Part shown: one piece after another, positions 21,201-30,600 of the stretch | Position numbering within the stretch: the first letter of the stretch is position 1 | Layout of the letters: each line of letters begins with the position of its first letter | Virus record (IMG/VR): IMGVR_UViG_3300032294_001887 | Location: 10,768 to 74,767 of that record | Reading direction: 5' to 3' (one strand) | Source of the DNA: a virus | DNA: 64,000 nt | Notes under the pieces: generated by a model | Told to the model about the DNA's origin: nothing | The model's database searches: none | What the model saw: the letters and a program-made list of their open reading frames with translations, nothing else | Position numbers and translations under genes: made by a program

Positions 21201-24200
21201 GCAATTCAAAATGGGGTGTATAATTGGAGAAGAAAGGACCCACATCCATACACACAAGCGGCTTACTTATTTATTAATTCATTACCATTAGCGTCCTTAA
21301 AAGAAAAATATAAGACATTAGACGCTTCAAGTGACTTAGATTATATCGCTACTTGTTTTAAAAAGTTTGGCGCGATACATAAGATGCCATACGCTTGGGT
21401 TTTGAAGATGGGTTCAATATGGCATAGATATAAAACATATAAGGCAAGTAATGTTGATATTTTAGATTCTGTTTGGAAAGACTTTAATTATAAAGAAAAC
21501 TTTGACCCAATAGCCAGTGCCGATACAAAAACATATACTTTTAATTTTGACGGAACAAATAATATAACACTACAAAACACTTCAAACAATATTAATAGGA
21601 TTCAAACAGGATTTTATCCAAAAGTTATAAATGACTTTAACGTATTTTACAATGGGTATGATTTGTATAGTGGATACACAAATGATGAAATACAAAAAAG
21701 TGTGGATAATGGTGTTAAAGTTTATAATTTTACGGATTCAAATATTAATATCCAAAGTGGGACATCATATTCAAATATTCAAACATGGTCTGTAGTAATA
21801 CCTAACGGTATTTTTAGTCTAACAAATGTTGGGTCGGTTTGTAATCCAAGTAATAACACTCTTTCTGATACATATTATATTGCTCCATCGTTTGGAACTC
21901 AACTTAACCAAGTAAGTGTTGAATGTATTAGTAATAATGTTCAGGTTTGTCCTTTCATTAATAATCCTTCAATATATAATGGTTCTGTTAGATTACTATG
22001 GTCAGCACCGAACTATGGATATTTTAATAATAGTGAAATCTCAAAACCACAACCGGATTCATATGTTAATAAAATTAAAACTGGTTCAGAACAACAATCT
22101 TCGTTTAGGTTATTGATGGACAAAGATTATTCTAATATAGAGGAGATATTTTCAGTTTTCAGTAAAGATATTTTGGATAAATTTGAACAAGAATTCTTAA
22201 ATTTCTCTAAACCGGTTGCTAATATTGATTTAGGTCCTCAAGTCGTTGTTCCTATTGGTGTATCACCTACTGACCCAAATGGGTTATTTAAAAACTTCCA
22301 ATATCTTTTTAGAAATTTAATGGAAGTTAATTCCAATAATCCTTCAGTTACAACCGCAGAGTATTTTAAAACAATTGGAGAGGCCCAACTAACGGTATTT
22401 TCAAATACCATAAAATCGTTTTTAGAGTATGATGTTATTTTAAAATATGGTAACCCCGCACAATATAACCGAAGAGTAATGGATTCTTATCTCGCTCAAG
22501 GAGGAGGTAATAATCCAATTGTTGACCCAATAGTTTTTAACCCATATGTTAGAAATAGTTTACCGTCTAAATTAAATACTACTACTCTTGCGGCATCTAA
22601 ATCTAGTAATCCACAAGCTTGGTTTGAATTGGAAACTCAAGTCGGGTTCTCAACAATTACTAATTTAAAATATACTGATTCTGGTTCGTATATTACAGAC
22701 TTTTTCATTGATAATGATATTGAATTTACTCAAAACAATGTAATATTATTGGTACCAATCATTAAAATGTTTGCAACTCAAAAATTATATACACCAACTT
22801 TATCAAGAAATGAATTTAAAAATAGATTACAAATTTATCTAAATTCGACAACTGAGTTTCAAAGTAATCTCTTAAACTTGATATTAAGTCAAGTTAGAGG
22901 TAACTTACCTGACCAACAAGAATTACCTGAAAGAGTTATTCAAAGTTCAATTGATGGACAACAAAGTAAAGTTGAAAATTATGAGGTATTTAAGGCATTA
23001 AATGATAAGTGGGTTGCTGGTTCTGATTATACATCTAAAACTTTATTTGAGGATGTTATGTTCTTAGATAGGGCATCAAGAAATATTGGAGACACAATTC
23101 TTGTTGATATATTTGATTTGAAAGACACATTAAGTGAAAATTCTCTTAATATGGAAATGAGTGTGTTCACATTTTTAAGCGGTATTTTAATTAAAAATAA
23201 ATTTAATATCATGCCACTTCCGGCGTATGTTAATTTTTATAATATACAGGAAGTTGACGGAACAACAACGGCACAAGCTGACGGAAGTTTAGAATTTGCT
23301 GACAATATGTGGGGAACATTTTTGAATGTTGATTATAGAAAATCGGGACCTAAAATGATTTGTTTTTATGCTGGAATGCCTTCATCTTACTTGGCATTAC
23401 CAAAAGGTAATTCAAGATTTAGAGACGACGCTTTTGATTTAAGAAGAGCCTCGGATAATCCTTTAATTGAAAATCAAACAAATAAAAAAGATTGGGCGGT
23501 ATCAAACAAGTGTGTTGGATTTAATGTCGATTTTGGTATTAGAAATCAAAATATTTTTACGTCACTTCAAGTTTCTATGGATAGTGGTAAGGCAACATCG
23601 GAAACTATTGAAACTCAGTTAAATATGGTTAATCAAGCTTCAGGTAGAAATGTTGCAACACAAAATGTTGGTCTATATAACTTGTATAAACAGAGAAGTT
23701 ATGGTTGTCAAGTTCAATCTTTAGGTAATGCATTATTACAACCTACAATGTATTTTAATTTAAGACACGTCCCAATGTTTAACGGGCCTTATTTTATAAC
23801 TGAAGTTAATCATAACATTACTCCCGGTAATTTTGAAACAACATTCAATGGAGTTAGACAAGGTATTTATGATTTACCATCAATTGATAGTTTCTTACAG
23901 AGTGTTAATCAAAATTTATTAACTCAAATTGAAACTATAGTTAAGAATAGAAAAGATAGTGTCACCGGAAAAGCAATTACCAATATAGATAAATCTAAAT
24001 ACATAACCCAAACTGCTAATAACACTGCGGCCGCTCAAAATTCATGTATTGTAAATTTACAAGGAACTCCATATGTTACTTGGGCTGACGTACAAACATC
24101 AGTTAGTACGACCATAACTCCACAAGAATTTGCTAATGAACTTATAAAGAAAACTAGTAACGTGGAATTACAACAACTAATTTACTCAATATGTTATGTT

Positions 24201-25802
24201 AATACGTTCCCTCAGAAAGGTGCTAAGTTTGAAGGGTATAACAACAATTATGCTAATATAACATTAACTAATGACTATGGGTATAGTGCGGGTGATTTCA
24301 TACAAAAAAAATGTGCGTGCGTTAATATCTCAAATTCAACTGGTAACCCAACATCACAACCAATTGCCATTTTTGAAACAATTGGTAAGTTTTTTGATTT
24401 TATGATTGCTAGATTAAGGGCAAATGTTAATAGAGTTTATGGTGAAACCAATATTGGTGTTCCTAAATATTATGTATGTTATTGGCCGGTATCAAAAATT
24501 TCGGAATCATATTACGATAGTCATTTGAGTGAATATAGTGAATTAATAAAAAGATTTAATGCTTCTTTTGATGCTGCCAAAGAAGTTGGAATAAATGTTG
24601 CAAAACCTATAACACCAACCACCCCAACCACAACACCAGTACCAAATAATTTAAATACAACCACAACGGTTGTTCCATCTTGTCCTTCACCTACCATAAC
24701 ATCATTCTCACCATTAACAGGTATTAGTGGAACTATATTAACAATAGTTGGTAAAGATTTAGACCAAATAACGGGAGTTACAATTAATAATGTTACAACA
24801 AATAGTAACATAACGATTAATAATCCATTTAATATTAGTGTTGTAGTACCATTTAGTAATACACCGGTTCAACAACAAAATCCAATAATAGTTAGAGGAG
24901 TTAATGGAAATGCTACGAGTCAAAGTGGATTTACATATAATCCAGCTCAGGTTACACCAGTCCCAAGTAATTCTACGAATACAAATGTACAACCACAACA
25001 ATCCGGGCCTGTTACTTTAAATGCTCAGACACAAACATCTCCGGGTGGAGTCACTCAACAATTAACGGTTTCGGTTAACCCACAAGCTGCGGCATTAAAC
25101 ACATGGGTTTTAGAACAAAATGTCACAATGATTATTTCTGTTTACAATAATTCCGTTGTTAACAATGTTACAACGCAAACATTAAATAGAACGGTAACAA
25201 CAACGGTATCTAATTATGTTTCGGGTAATGTGTTCACCATGACTTATAATAATGTTGCAGATATGTTAGTTAATAACCCAATACCTCAATTCCAAACAGC
25301 ACCTATTGAAGATGGTCAAACCGCTAATATTAAATTTACGGTTACTGCGGTTCCTGTGGATAAAGTTGAAAACCCTCAAAATGTGTCACAAACATTTAAT
25401 TTCGCATTTACACCAATATCCTCAACAACACAAACAAAACCAGGTGCATTATTTAAAGTTTCCGAAACATATGGAGGAAATGTACCAAATTTTAATGGTA
25501 GTGATTACTACAATATTAAAAAACCTACTGGAGGATACATTACATACCAATTTACTTGTACAAAACTAATTTCTAAGGGAAAAGTTGAAGTATATTCAAT
25601 ACCTGACCTTGTTAAACAAAATATTACGATAACCAATAACTCAGGCACAAAATACACAAATGTTATTGAATTTAATACTTTAGGAACATTCCAACTTTCG
25701 GTTGAGTACACATCAGAAGATTATGTGGGAACCAATACAACTTTATTAAGCTTTGGTAAACCAATTTCTGTATTTGCAACATCACCACCATTCACTTTAT
25801 AA
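18210..25802 (+). CDS. giant baseplate hub protein (gp27/gpD-like termini) with C-terminal IPT/TIG domain
   Basis: GITSISVR..VSMTLEDIQG near N-term; GNALLQPTMYFNL..NGPYFITEVNHNITPGNFETTFNGVR hub-type motif; PTITSFSPLTGISGTILTIVGKDL IPT/TIG motif. Confidence 0.6.
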   Translation: MAGNLVGDNSGNILVEFDYNNIIVVDPNKTIDNLRNIRERLVDHENLVMFANLEAEVVPRTKLSVGGSPEDRNRTISVAKMNFLRPTEEKFLTTGYYDELTGKDTKNGLGVNQLQEQIIDPKDGTKPYSKMVVTDPGGTATDNGLLGITSISVRTNSSFVPSVSMTLEDIQGRALFQLGDNSPYSAFFNLPYCPFYLTLKGYYGQAIRYQLNLKTFNARFNTFSGNYLIELEFVGYKFNILNEISMGSLLATPHMYSKRFNISKSPTSPEGGSNKNIEAQSKSNAISKESTISSDNVTTELVTEKGYQKIIEVYSEYKAKGLISPDFPELTLTQLMNKLLTFEQSVIDRYTKVDVEPLTNIRAYNETLVNYFNEIYGNKDSWFNIYMNPNPIILNGSGQEVYVFKQEFINNPTKKEEAKTLLSGYTTEFNKLLADNPTLGISSQTPIKNSITYNTMVKNVIFSEIDLVKTTTSQTGVLQPTSEDIKRINELLTSAFTPSLEKEASNSKLETSVGNVVNPPIFYFSEFQTLLSKMEAESNKKLSEVETILTAGLAKKIQENIGFSPTVRNISAVIMASAEAFIRLLDDVHTNAWNVKYDPIRQLAILDNPSSAPGTDTVDNFKISETAQSSNQGLVNGKIPVYPWPQFFVETPDDKKGRFQLKYLADPSVVNITKGYLYEKWPEVEFVEEYMKGLTQKFNPPISQPPTDAQNTTNIINVNAIEYPSQGIAYVNKEEVKFFYEIWERQFLTSNYSGFIRGNSNQLNQLTNLIVSAETNNIVTGLGVSSPFLALKLRNYNLTSQDYPSFLSSISNQGTGRAYQDYIRDFYVTPYIRNLTSNSFNILSLTDLGREPQTSTKSQGLLQLVNNAPNEPLVIDTYPFTDPTWVSTNMANSTTNTKNFVYNTNRVLTVFEDRDVISNFNSVYDYSKNRPVTNFSYLKVSNPTNQITSIGLSGFYNIRKDPTFFIPTEGFVNYFSPSKNLSVETTTSMLNTPYFINAIQNGVYNWRRKDPHPYTQAAYLFINSLPLASLKEKYKTLDASSDLDYIATCFKKFGAIHKMPYAWVLKMGSIWHRYKTYKASNVDILDSVWKDFNYKENFDPIASADTKTYTFNFDGTNNITLQNTSNNINRIQTGFYPKVINDFNVFYNGYDLYSGYTNDEIQKSVDNGVKVYNFTDSNINIQSGTSYSNIQTWSVVIPNGIFSLTNVGSVCNPSNNTLSDTYYIAPSFGTQLNQVSVECISNNVQVCPFINNPSIYNGSVRLLWSAPNYGYFNNSEISKPQPDSYVNKIKTGSEQQSSFRLLMDKDYSNIEEIFSVFSKDILDKFEQEFLNFSKPVANIDLGPQVVVPIGVSPTDPNGLFKNFQYLFRNLMEVNSNNPSVTTAEYFKTIGEAQLTVFSNTIKSFLEYDVILKYGNPAQYNRRVMDSYLAQGGGNNPIVDPIVFNPYVRNSLPSKLNTTTLAASKSSNPQAWFELETQVGFSTITNLKYTDSGSYITDFFIDNDIEFTQNNVILLVPIIKMFATQKLYTPTLSRNEFKNRLQIYLNSTTEFQSNLLNLILSQVRGNLPDQQELPERVIQSSIDGQQSKVENYEVFKALNDKWVAGSDYTSKTLFEDVMFLDRASRNIGDTILVDIFDLKDTLSENSLNMEMSVFTFLSGILIKNKFNIMPLPAYVNFYNIQEVDGTTTAQADGSLEFADNMWGTFLNVDYRKSGPKMICFYAGMPSSYLALPKGNSRFRDDAFDLRRASDNPLIENQTNKKDWAVSNKCVGFNVDFGIRNQNIFTSLQVSMDSGKATSETIETQLNMVNQASGRNVATQNVGLYNLYKQRSYGCQVQSLGNALLQPTMYFNLRHVPMFNGPYFITEVNHNITPGNFETTFNGVRQGIYDLPSIDSFLQSVNQNLLTQIETIVKNRKDSVTGKAITNIDKSKYITQTANNTAAAQNSCIVNLQGTPYVTWADVQTSVSTTITPQEFANELIKKTSNVELQQLIYSICYVNTFPQKGAKFEGYNNNYANITLTNDYGYSAGDFIQKKCACVNISNSTGNPTSQPIAIFETIGKFFDFMIARLRANVNRVYGETNIGVPKYYVCYWPVSKISESYYDSHLSEYSELIKRFNASFDAAKEVGINVAKPITPTTPTTTPVPNNLNTTTTVVPSCPSPTITSFSPLTGISGTILTIVGKDLDQITGVTINNVTTNSNITINNPFNISVVVPFSNTPVQQQNPIIVRGVNGNATSQSGFTYNPAQVTPVPSNSTNTNVQPQQSGPVTLNAQTQTSPGGVTQQLTVSVNPQAAALNTWVLEQNVTMIISVYNNSVVNNVTTQTLNRTVTTTVSNYVSGNVFTMTYNNVADMLVNNPIPQFQTAPIEDGQTANIKFTVTAVPVDKVENPQNVSQTFNFAFTPISSTTQTKPGALFKVSETYGGNVPNFNGSDYYNIKKPTGGYITYQFTCTKLISKGKVEVYSIPDLVKQNITITNNSGTKYTNVIEFNTLGTFQLSVEYTSEDYVGTNTTLLSFGKPISVFATSPPFTL

Positions 25803-25835
25803 CATAACGATATATTTATATATAAAAATAATTTT

Positions 25836-26060
25836 ATGAATTTAAAAGCAACATTAGACAACTATCTTGGAAAATCGGTTAGATATTCTGAAGAGGACAA
25901 TGGAGACGGAACTAAACAAGTTTGTGATTTAGATACTGGTGATTGTTATGTGGTTAGAGAAAGAGACGGTCTGATTGAAAGAGCCGGACATCAAACAACT
26001 GCCAATAGAAGAGTTAGAGTTGAAACTTCAAGAGGAATTAAACAATTATTAAACGGATAA
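25836..26060 (+). CDS. hypothetical protein (CDLDTGDC)
   Basis: 74-aa ORF preceded by TATTTATA (25813-25820). Confidence 0.7.
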   Translation: MNLKATLDNYLGKSVRYSEEDNGDGTKQVCDLDTGDCYVVRERDGLIERAGHQTTANRRVRVETSRGIKQLLNG

Positions 26061-26064
26061 TAAA

Positions 26065-26715
26065 ATGAGTTTAGATAAAAAAATATTAGAAGAAATCCAA
26101 AGATATAAAAGTATTAATAACTATATCTCAGAACAGGATGCAATTGATGATTTAACTGCACCATTACCTGGAGCTGAAACAGCACCGGCACCCGGAGCAG
26201 AAGCAACACCACCGGCATCCGGAGCAGATACAACACCACAACCAATTGATGTTGAAACTGACCCTGATGTTGAAAAAATTGATGATGAAGGAAAATCTGA
26301 AGAAGGTGAAGAATCTGATTCGGAAGAATTGGACATCACCGAATTGGTCGATGCTCAAAAAAATATCTCAACCAAACAAGATGATTATTTTGAAAATTTA
26401 TTTAATCAATTAAATAGTTTGGAACAAAAATTGGGTGAGATGGATACCATTATGAATAAACTTAATTCACTTGAAAATAAAATTGAGAAATACAGAGAAA
26501 AAACACCTCAAGAAAAATTAGAATTAAGAAGTTATGACTCATACCCATTCAATCAAAAACTATCACAATTTTTTGATGACAAACAAGAGGAGATGGAAAA
26601 AACAGGAAAAAATGATTATGTTTTAACATCAGATGATGTGACAGACATAAATGTAAGTGATATCAAAAATTCATTTCAAGGTGGAGGATTTAAAGACGAT
26701 TTAAAATACAGATAA
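26065..26715 (+). CDS. acidic coiled-coil protein, possible head-internal/scaffold-like
   Basis: N-term KKILEEIQR..YISEQ, Pro/Ala acidic linker, heptad region LNSLEQKLGEMDTIMNKLNSLENKI. Confidence 0.55.
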   Translation: MSLDKKILEEIQRYKSINNYISEQDAIDDLTAPLPGAETAPAPGAEATPPASGADTTPQPIDVETDPDVEKIDDEGKSEEGEESDSEELDITELVDAQKNISTKQDDYFENLFNQLNSLEQKLGEMDTIMNKLNSLENKIEKYREKTPQEKLELRSYDSYPFNQKLSQFFDDKQEEMEKTGKNDYVLTSDDVTDINVSDIKNSFQGGGFKDDLKYR

Positions 26716-26735
26716 AGAGAAAAAAAATAAATGAG

Positions 26736-26764
26736 AAAACCACCCAAAAGGTGGTTTTTTTTAT
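26736..26764 (+). terminator. intrinsic terminator ending first structural block
   Basis: AAAACCACC-caaaa-GGTGGTTTT followed by further Ts. Confidence 0.75.
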
Positions 26765-26793
26765 TTGACAAAGAGACTAATTTCAGTTATTAT
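26765..26793 (+). promoter_or_regulatory. sigma70-like promoter of replication block
   Basis: TTGACA (26765-26770), 17-nt spacer, TATTAT (26788-26793), upstream of SSB. Confidence 0.65.
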
Positions 26794-26829
26794 TAACTTA
26801 ATTATTATAACATTTAAAATTTAAAACAC

Positions 26830-27693
26830 ATGATGAGTTCATTAGACGCCGTATTGGCACAGTACGAAAAAGCACAACAAGCAGGGGGCGGGGCCCAAAG
26901 TAAAATGTCTCAAGATGAAAGAATGAAAAAGTATTTCGCTCTTATTCTTGGGGAAAAAGAAAAATCAGGACAACGAAGAGTTCGTATCCTACCAACACAA
27001 GATGGTAGTTCACCATTTAAAGAAGCTTGGTATCACGAAATCCAAGTAGGTGGACAATGGCAAAAATTCTATGACCCGGGAAAGAATGACAATGAGCGTT
27101 CTCCATTAAACGAAGTTTATGAGGAGTTGATGTCTACGGGTAAAGAGTCTGACAAAGAATTAGCAAAACAATATAAATCTCGTAAATTTTACATCGTTAA
27201 AGTTATCGATAGAGATAATGAAGCAGATGGACCAAAATTTTGGAGATTCAAACATAACTATAAAAATGATGGTATCTTGGATAAGATTATTCCTATTTGG
27301 AGAAACAAAGGAGACATCACAGACCCTGAAAAAGGTCGTGACCTTATCATTGAACTTGCAAAGTCTAAAACACCGGCAGGTAAAGAATATACAAGTGTGT
27401 CGACGATTATGTATGATGACCCGACTCAGGTTCATGAAGAAAAAGAACAAGCTAACTCTTGGATTAATGATGAATTGACTTGGTTGGATGTTTATTCTAA
27501 AAAACCTGTTGAATATCTTGAAGCTATCGCTCGTGGAGAAACTCCAAAATGGGATAGTGAGAAAGGTGGATATGTTTATGGTAATGATACAGAATCTACC
27601 ACAACTATGGGTGGCTCTAAAAAAACAGAAACAAAAACAACAATCGTTGACCCTCAAGTAAATGATGTGGTCGATGGTGATTTACCATTCTAA
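26830..27693 (+). CDS. single-stranded DNA-binding protein (T4 gp32-like)
   Basis: RVRILP..PFKEAWYH..KFYIVKVIDRD..GDITDPEKGRDLII; acidic tail ending DGDLPF; adjacent to UvsX. Confidence 0.82.
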   Translation: MMSSLDAVLAQYEKAQQAGGGAQSKMSQDERMKKYFALILGEKEKSGQRRVRILPTQDGSSPFKEAWYHEIQVGGQWQKFYDPGKNDNERSPLNEVYEELMSTGKESDKELAKQYKSRKFYIVKVIDRDNEADGPKFWRFKHNYKNDGILDKIIPIWRNKGDITDPEKGRDLIIELAKSKTPAGKEYTSVSTIMYDDPTQVHEEKEQANSWINDELTWLDVYSKKPVEYLEAIARGETPKWDSEKGGYVYGNDTESTTTMGGSKKTETKTTIVDPQVNDVVDGDLPF

Positions 27694-27706
27694 TAACTCA
27701 TCGAAG

Positions 27707-27746
27707 ACATTCTCAAAGACATTTTGTCCTTGAGAATGTTTTTTTT
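27707..27746 (+). terminator. hairpin/terminator between SSB and UvsX
   Basis: ACATTCTCAA.GACA-ttt-TGTC.TTGAGAATGT followed by T run. Confidence 0.55.
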
Positions 27747-27763
27747 AAATAAAAACAAAAATT

Positions 27764-28771
27764 ATGGCAATAAAGAAAAATGATTTCAGTTCGTTGAAGA
27801 AAAAGTTCTCAACATCTGCAAAATATAAACCACAAAGATTTTTTGATTTGGGTCCTGACTTCTTGGATGCGGTAGGATTACCAGGTCCGGCAATTGGACA
27901 TTTGAATATGTTATTGGGTCACTCTGATACGGGTAAAACAACGGCATTAGTTAAAACTGCGGTTGACGCTCAAAAGAAAGGTATTCTTCCTGTATTCATT
28001 ATTACAGAACAGAAATGGAGCTTTGAACATGCTAAACTTATGGGATTCCAATGTGAAGAAGTTGTTGATGAAGAAACAGGTGAACTTGATTGGGATGGAT
28101 TCTTTATAATAAACAATAATTTTGAGTATATTGAACAGATTACAGATTACATAAATGAATTATTAGATGCTCAAGAGAAAGGTGAGTTAGATTATGATTT
28201 GTGTATAATGTGGGATTCGGTAGGTTCAATTCCGTGTAAAATGACTTATGACGGAAAGGGAGGTAAGCAACATACGGCAGGTGTTCTATCAGATAAAATT
28301 GGTATGGGAATCAACCAAAGAATATCAGGTTCTCGTAGAGCAGATTCAAAATATGAAAACACTTTAGTAATTGTTAACCAACCATGGGTGAGTTTACCTG
28401 ATAACCCTTTTAGTCAGCCTAAAATTATGTCTAAAGGAGGTAATGCGGTTTGGCTTAACTCATCTTTAGTTTTCCTATTTGGAAATCAAAAAGATGCTGG
28501 TACTTCTAAAATTACCGCTACAAAAGATAAACGCTCAATTAAATTTGCAATACGAAGTAAGGTGTCTGTCTTAAAAAATCACATATCAGGATTAGGTTAT
28601 GATGATGGTAAAATAATTGTTACGCCACATGGATTTTTGGCTGGTAAAGATTCTACTGAAGAAAAATCTAATATTGAAAAATACAAAAAAGAGTATGCGG
28701 AATATTGGAAAGACATTATTGGTGTTGATGGTGATTTTGATTTGAAAGAAGAATTTGAGGAAGATAAATAA
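27764..28771 (+). CDS. uvsX: RecA/UvsX-like recombinase
   Basis: Walker A GHSDTGKTT, catalytic TE, Walker B IMWDSVGS, IVNQ, KGG and KNH motifs. Confidence 0.88.
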   Translation: MAIKKNDFSSLKKKFSTSAKYKPQRFFDLGPDFLDAVGLPGPAIGHLNMLLGHSDTGKTTALVKTAVDAQKKGILPVFIITEQKWSFEHAKLMGFQCEEVVDEETGELDWDGFFIINNNFEYIEQITDYINELLDAQEKGELDYDLCIMWDSVGSIPCKMTYDGKGGKQHTAGVLSDKIGMGINQRISGSRRADSKYENTLVIVNQPWVSLPDNPFSQPKIMSKGGNAVWLNSSLVFLFGNQKDAGTSKITATKDKRSIKFAIRSKVSVLKNHISGLGYDDGKIIVTPHGFLAGKDSTEEKSNIEKYKKEYAEYWKDIIGVDGDFDLKEEFEEDK

Positions 28772-28777
28772 AAAAAG

Positions 28778-28806
28778 TTGTAATTATTCTACTTTTATTA
28801 TATTTG
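28778..28806 (+). promoter_or_regulatory. possible Bacteroidota-type housekeeping promoter
   Basis: TTG (28778-28780), 18 nt, TATATTTG (28799-28806) matching TAnnTTTG; upstream of RHH-HNH pair. Confidence 0.35.
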
Positions 28807-28821
28807 CAGATATTTATTAAT

Positions 28822-28974
28822 ATGGGAAGAAAGAAAAAAGAAGAAATTGAAAAAAAAGTTAAGATTGGAGTTTCGGTTGACCCCGAGCTTCCACAATACT
28901 TTAAAGACAAATCTATTAATCTATCTTCTCTTGTTAATAAGTTGTTAAAAGAATATATTAAAAATGGAAACTAA
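28822..28974 (+). CDS. 50-aa ribbon-helix-helix-like protein
   Basis: Below ORF-track size; MGRKKKEEIEKKVKIGVSVDPELPQYFKDKSINLSSLVNKLLKEYIKNGN; overlaps HNH start by 11 nt. Confidence 0.72.
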   Translation: MGRKKKEEIEKKVKIGVSVDPELPQYFKDKSINLSSLVNKLLKEYIKNGN

Positions 28975-29581
28975 AGTTTGTAGTAAATGTTCTGTTGATA
29001 AACCACTATTGAAATATAATGTATGTTCTAGAGTGAAAGATGGGAGGAAAGCTGAATGTAGAGAGTGTCAAAGACTTGGAACTAAAGAATATAAGTTTAA
29101 AAATAAGGAAAAAATAAAAGAATATAATTCTAAATGGAATTCCGAAAACAAATCCTATTATCAAGAATATCGTAAAATATGGGAGGTTAAAAATTATGAT
29201 AAAGTTTTAGAAAAAAGAAAAAGATTCAAAGAAAAAAATCCTAGTTATATTAACAATTATAATAAACAAAGGAAAAAAGAAGATATCTTATTCAGGCTTA
29301 TATCTGATATGAGAAATTCTGTTAATCGATACCTGAAATATAGGTCAAAAAAAACTTTCGAAATCGTTGGATGTACTCCGGAATTTCTTAAGGAACATTT
29401 AGAAAAACAATTTGTTGATGGCATGACTTGGGAGAATAGGGGTGAATGGCATATTGACCACAAAATTCCATTATCTTCTGCGAAAACAGAAGAAGAACTT
29501 TACAAGTTGTGTCATTATACAAACCTTCAACCATTATGGGCTGAAGAAAATTTGAAAAAAGGTAACAAAATTATTGTCTAA
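28964..29581 (+). CDS. HNH / endonuclease VII-like putative homing endonuclease
   Basis: N-term CSKC..CREC zinc finger; C-term WHIDHKIPLS..HYTNLQPLWAEENLKKGNK. Confidence 0.85.
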   Translation: METKVCSKCSVDKPLLKYNVCSRVKDGRKAECRECQRLGTKEYKFKNKEKIKEYNSKWNSENKSYYQEYRKIWEVKNYDKVLEKRKRFKEKNPSYINNYNKQRKKEDILFRLISDMRNSVNRYLKYRSKKTFEIVGCTPEFLKEHLEKQFVDGMTWENRGEWHIDHKIPLSSAKTEEELYKLCHYTNLQPLWAEENLKKGNKIIV

Positions 29582-29598
29582 CCAATAAATGAAAAAAA

Positions 29599-30600
29599 TT
29601 GAAAAAAACATTATTAGTCGATGGAAACAATGCTCTTTTAATAGGGTTCTACGGGGCTAGAGATTTATACAACAATGGTGAACACTTAGGTGGAATTTAC
29701 CATTTTATTAATACCTTAAGAAAATTTCTTGAAGAACATAATCACGATAAGGTTATCGTCTTTTGGGATGGAGAATCAAACTCATCCATTAGAAAGTCCA
29801 TTTACCCCCAATATAAAGCGAACCGAAGACAAGATATGAACGAGTTCAAATACGAGTCGTATCTTCAACAAAAAGTTCGTGTAAAACAATACTTGGAAGA
29901 AATCTTTGTTAGACAGGTTGAGATGGTTGATAACGAAGCCGATGACCTCATGGCATTTTACACACAAATCGCAACCGATGAGGATATTATAATCTTCTCT
30001 GCGGACAAAGACCTCACCCAACTTATTTCCGAACGAGTAACCATTTATTCACCAATTTCAAAACAATATTACAAGAATGGTGATATGATATCAATTAATA
30101 AAGTTGATATTCCCCACTATAATGTGTTGTTAACCAAAATCTTTACTGGTGACAAATCCGATAACATTTATGGTATTGAAGGATTGGGAGAAAAAACATT
30201 GATTAAATATTTCCCTCAAGTGCAGGAGAAACCATGCACTATCGAAGAAATCTTGGACTACGCACGAAATATCGAGCAAAAGAAACCTATTAAAACTCTG
30301 AATAATATTTTGACTGGTAAGACAAAATTGTCTATACTTGGAGAAGAGTTCTATAATACGAACAAAAAAATTGTTGACCTTAAAAACCCCCTAATTACAG
30401 ATGACGGAAAAGACTTAGTAGAACAGATTTTAACAGACGATATAGACCCTACAGATAGGGGATATAAAAACTTAATGAGAATGATGATGGAGGATGGTCT
30501 CTTTAAGTATTTACCAAAAGACGATGACGCTTGGGTAAATTTCCTCAAACCATTTATGAAATTAACAAGAAAAGAAAAAAGAAACACAAACAAAAATTAA
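29599..30600 (+). CDS. 5'-3' exonuclease / flap endonuclease (T4 RNase H / PolI N-terminal-like)
   Basis: LLVDGN, VFWDG, YKANR, EADDL, SADKDL, GDKSDNIYGIEGLGEKT (H3TH); TTG start. Confidence 0.92.
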   Translation: MKKTLLVDGNNALLIGFYGARDLYNNGEHLGGIYHFINTLRKFLEEHNHDKVIVFWDGESNSSIRKSIYPQYKANRRQDMNEFKYESYLQQKVRVKQYLEEIFVRQVEMVDNEADDLMAFYTQIATDEDIIIFSADKDLTQLISERVTIYSPISKQYYKNGDMISINKVDIPHYNVLLTKIFTGDKSDNIYGIEGLGEKTLIKYFPQVQEKPCTIEEILDYARNIEQKKPIKTLNNILTGKTKLSILGEEFYNTNKKIVDLKNPLITDDGKDLVEQILTDDIDPTDRGYKNLMRMMMEDGLFKYLPKDDDAWVNFLKPFMKLTRKEKRNTNKN

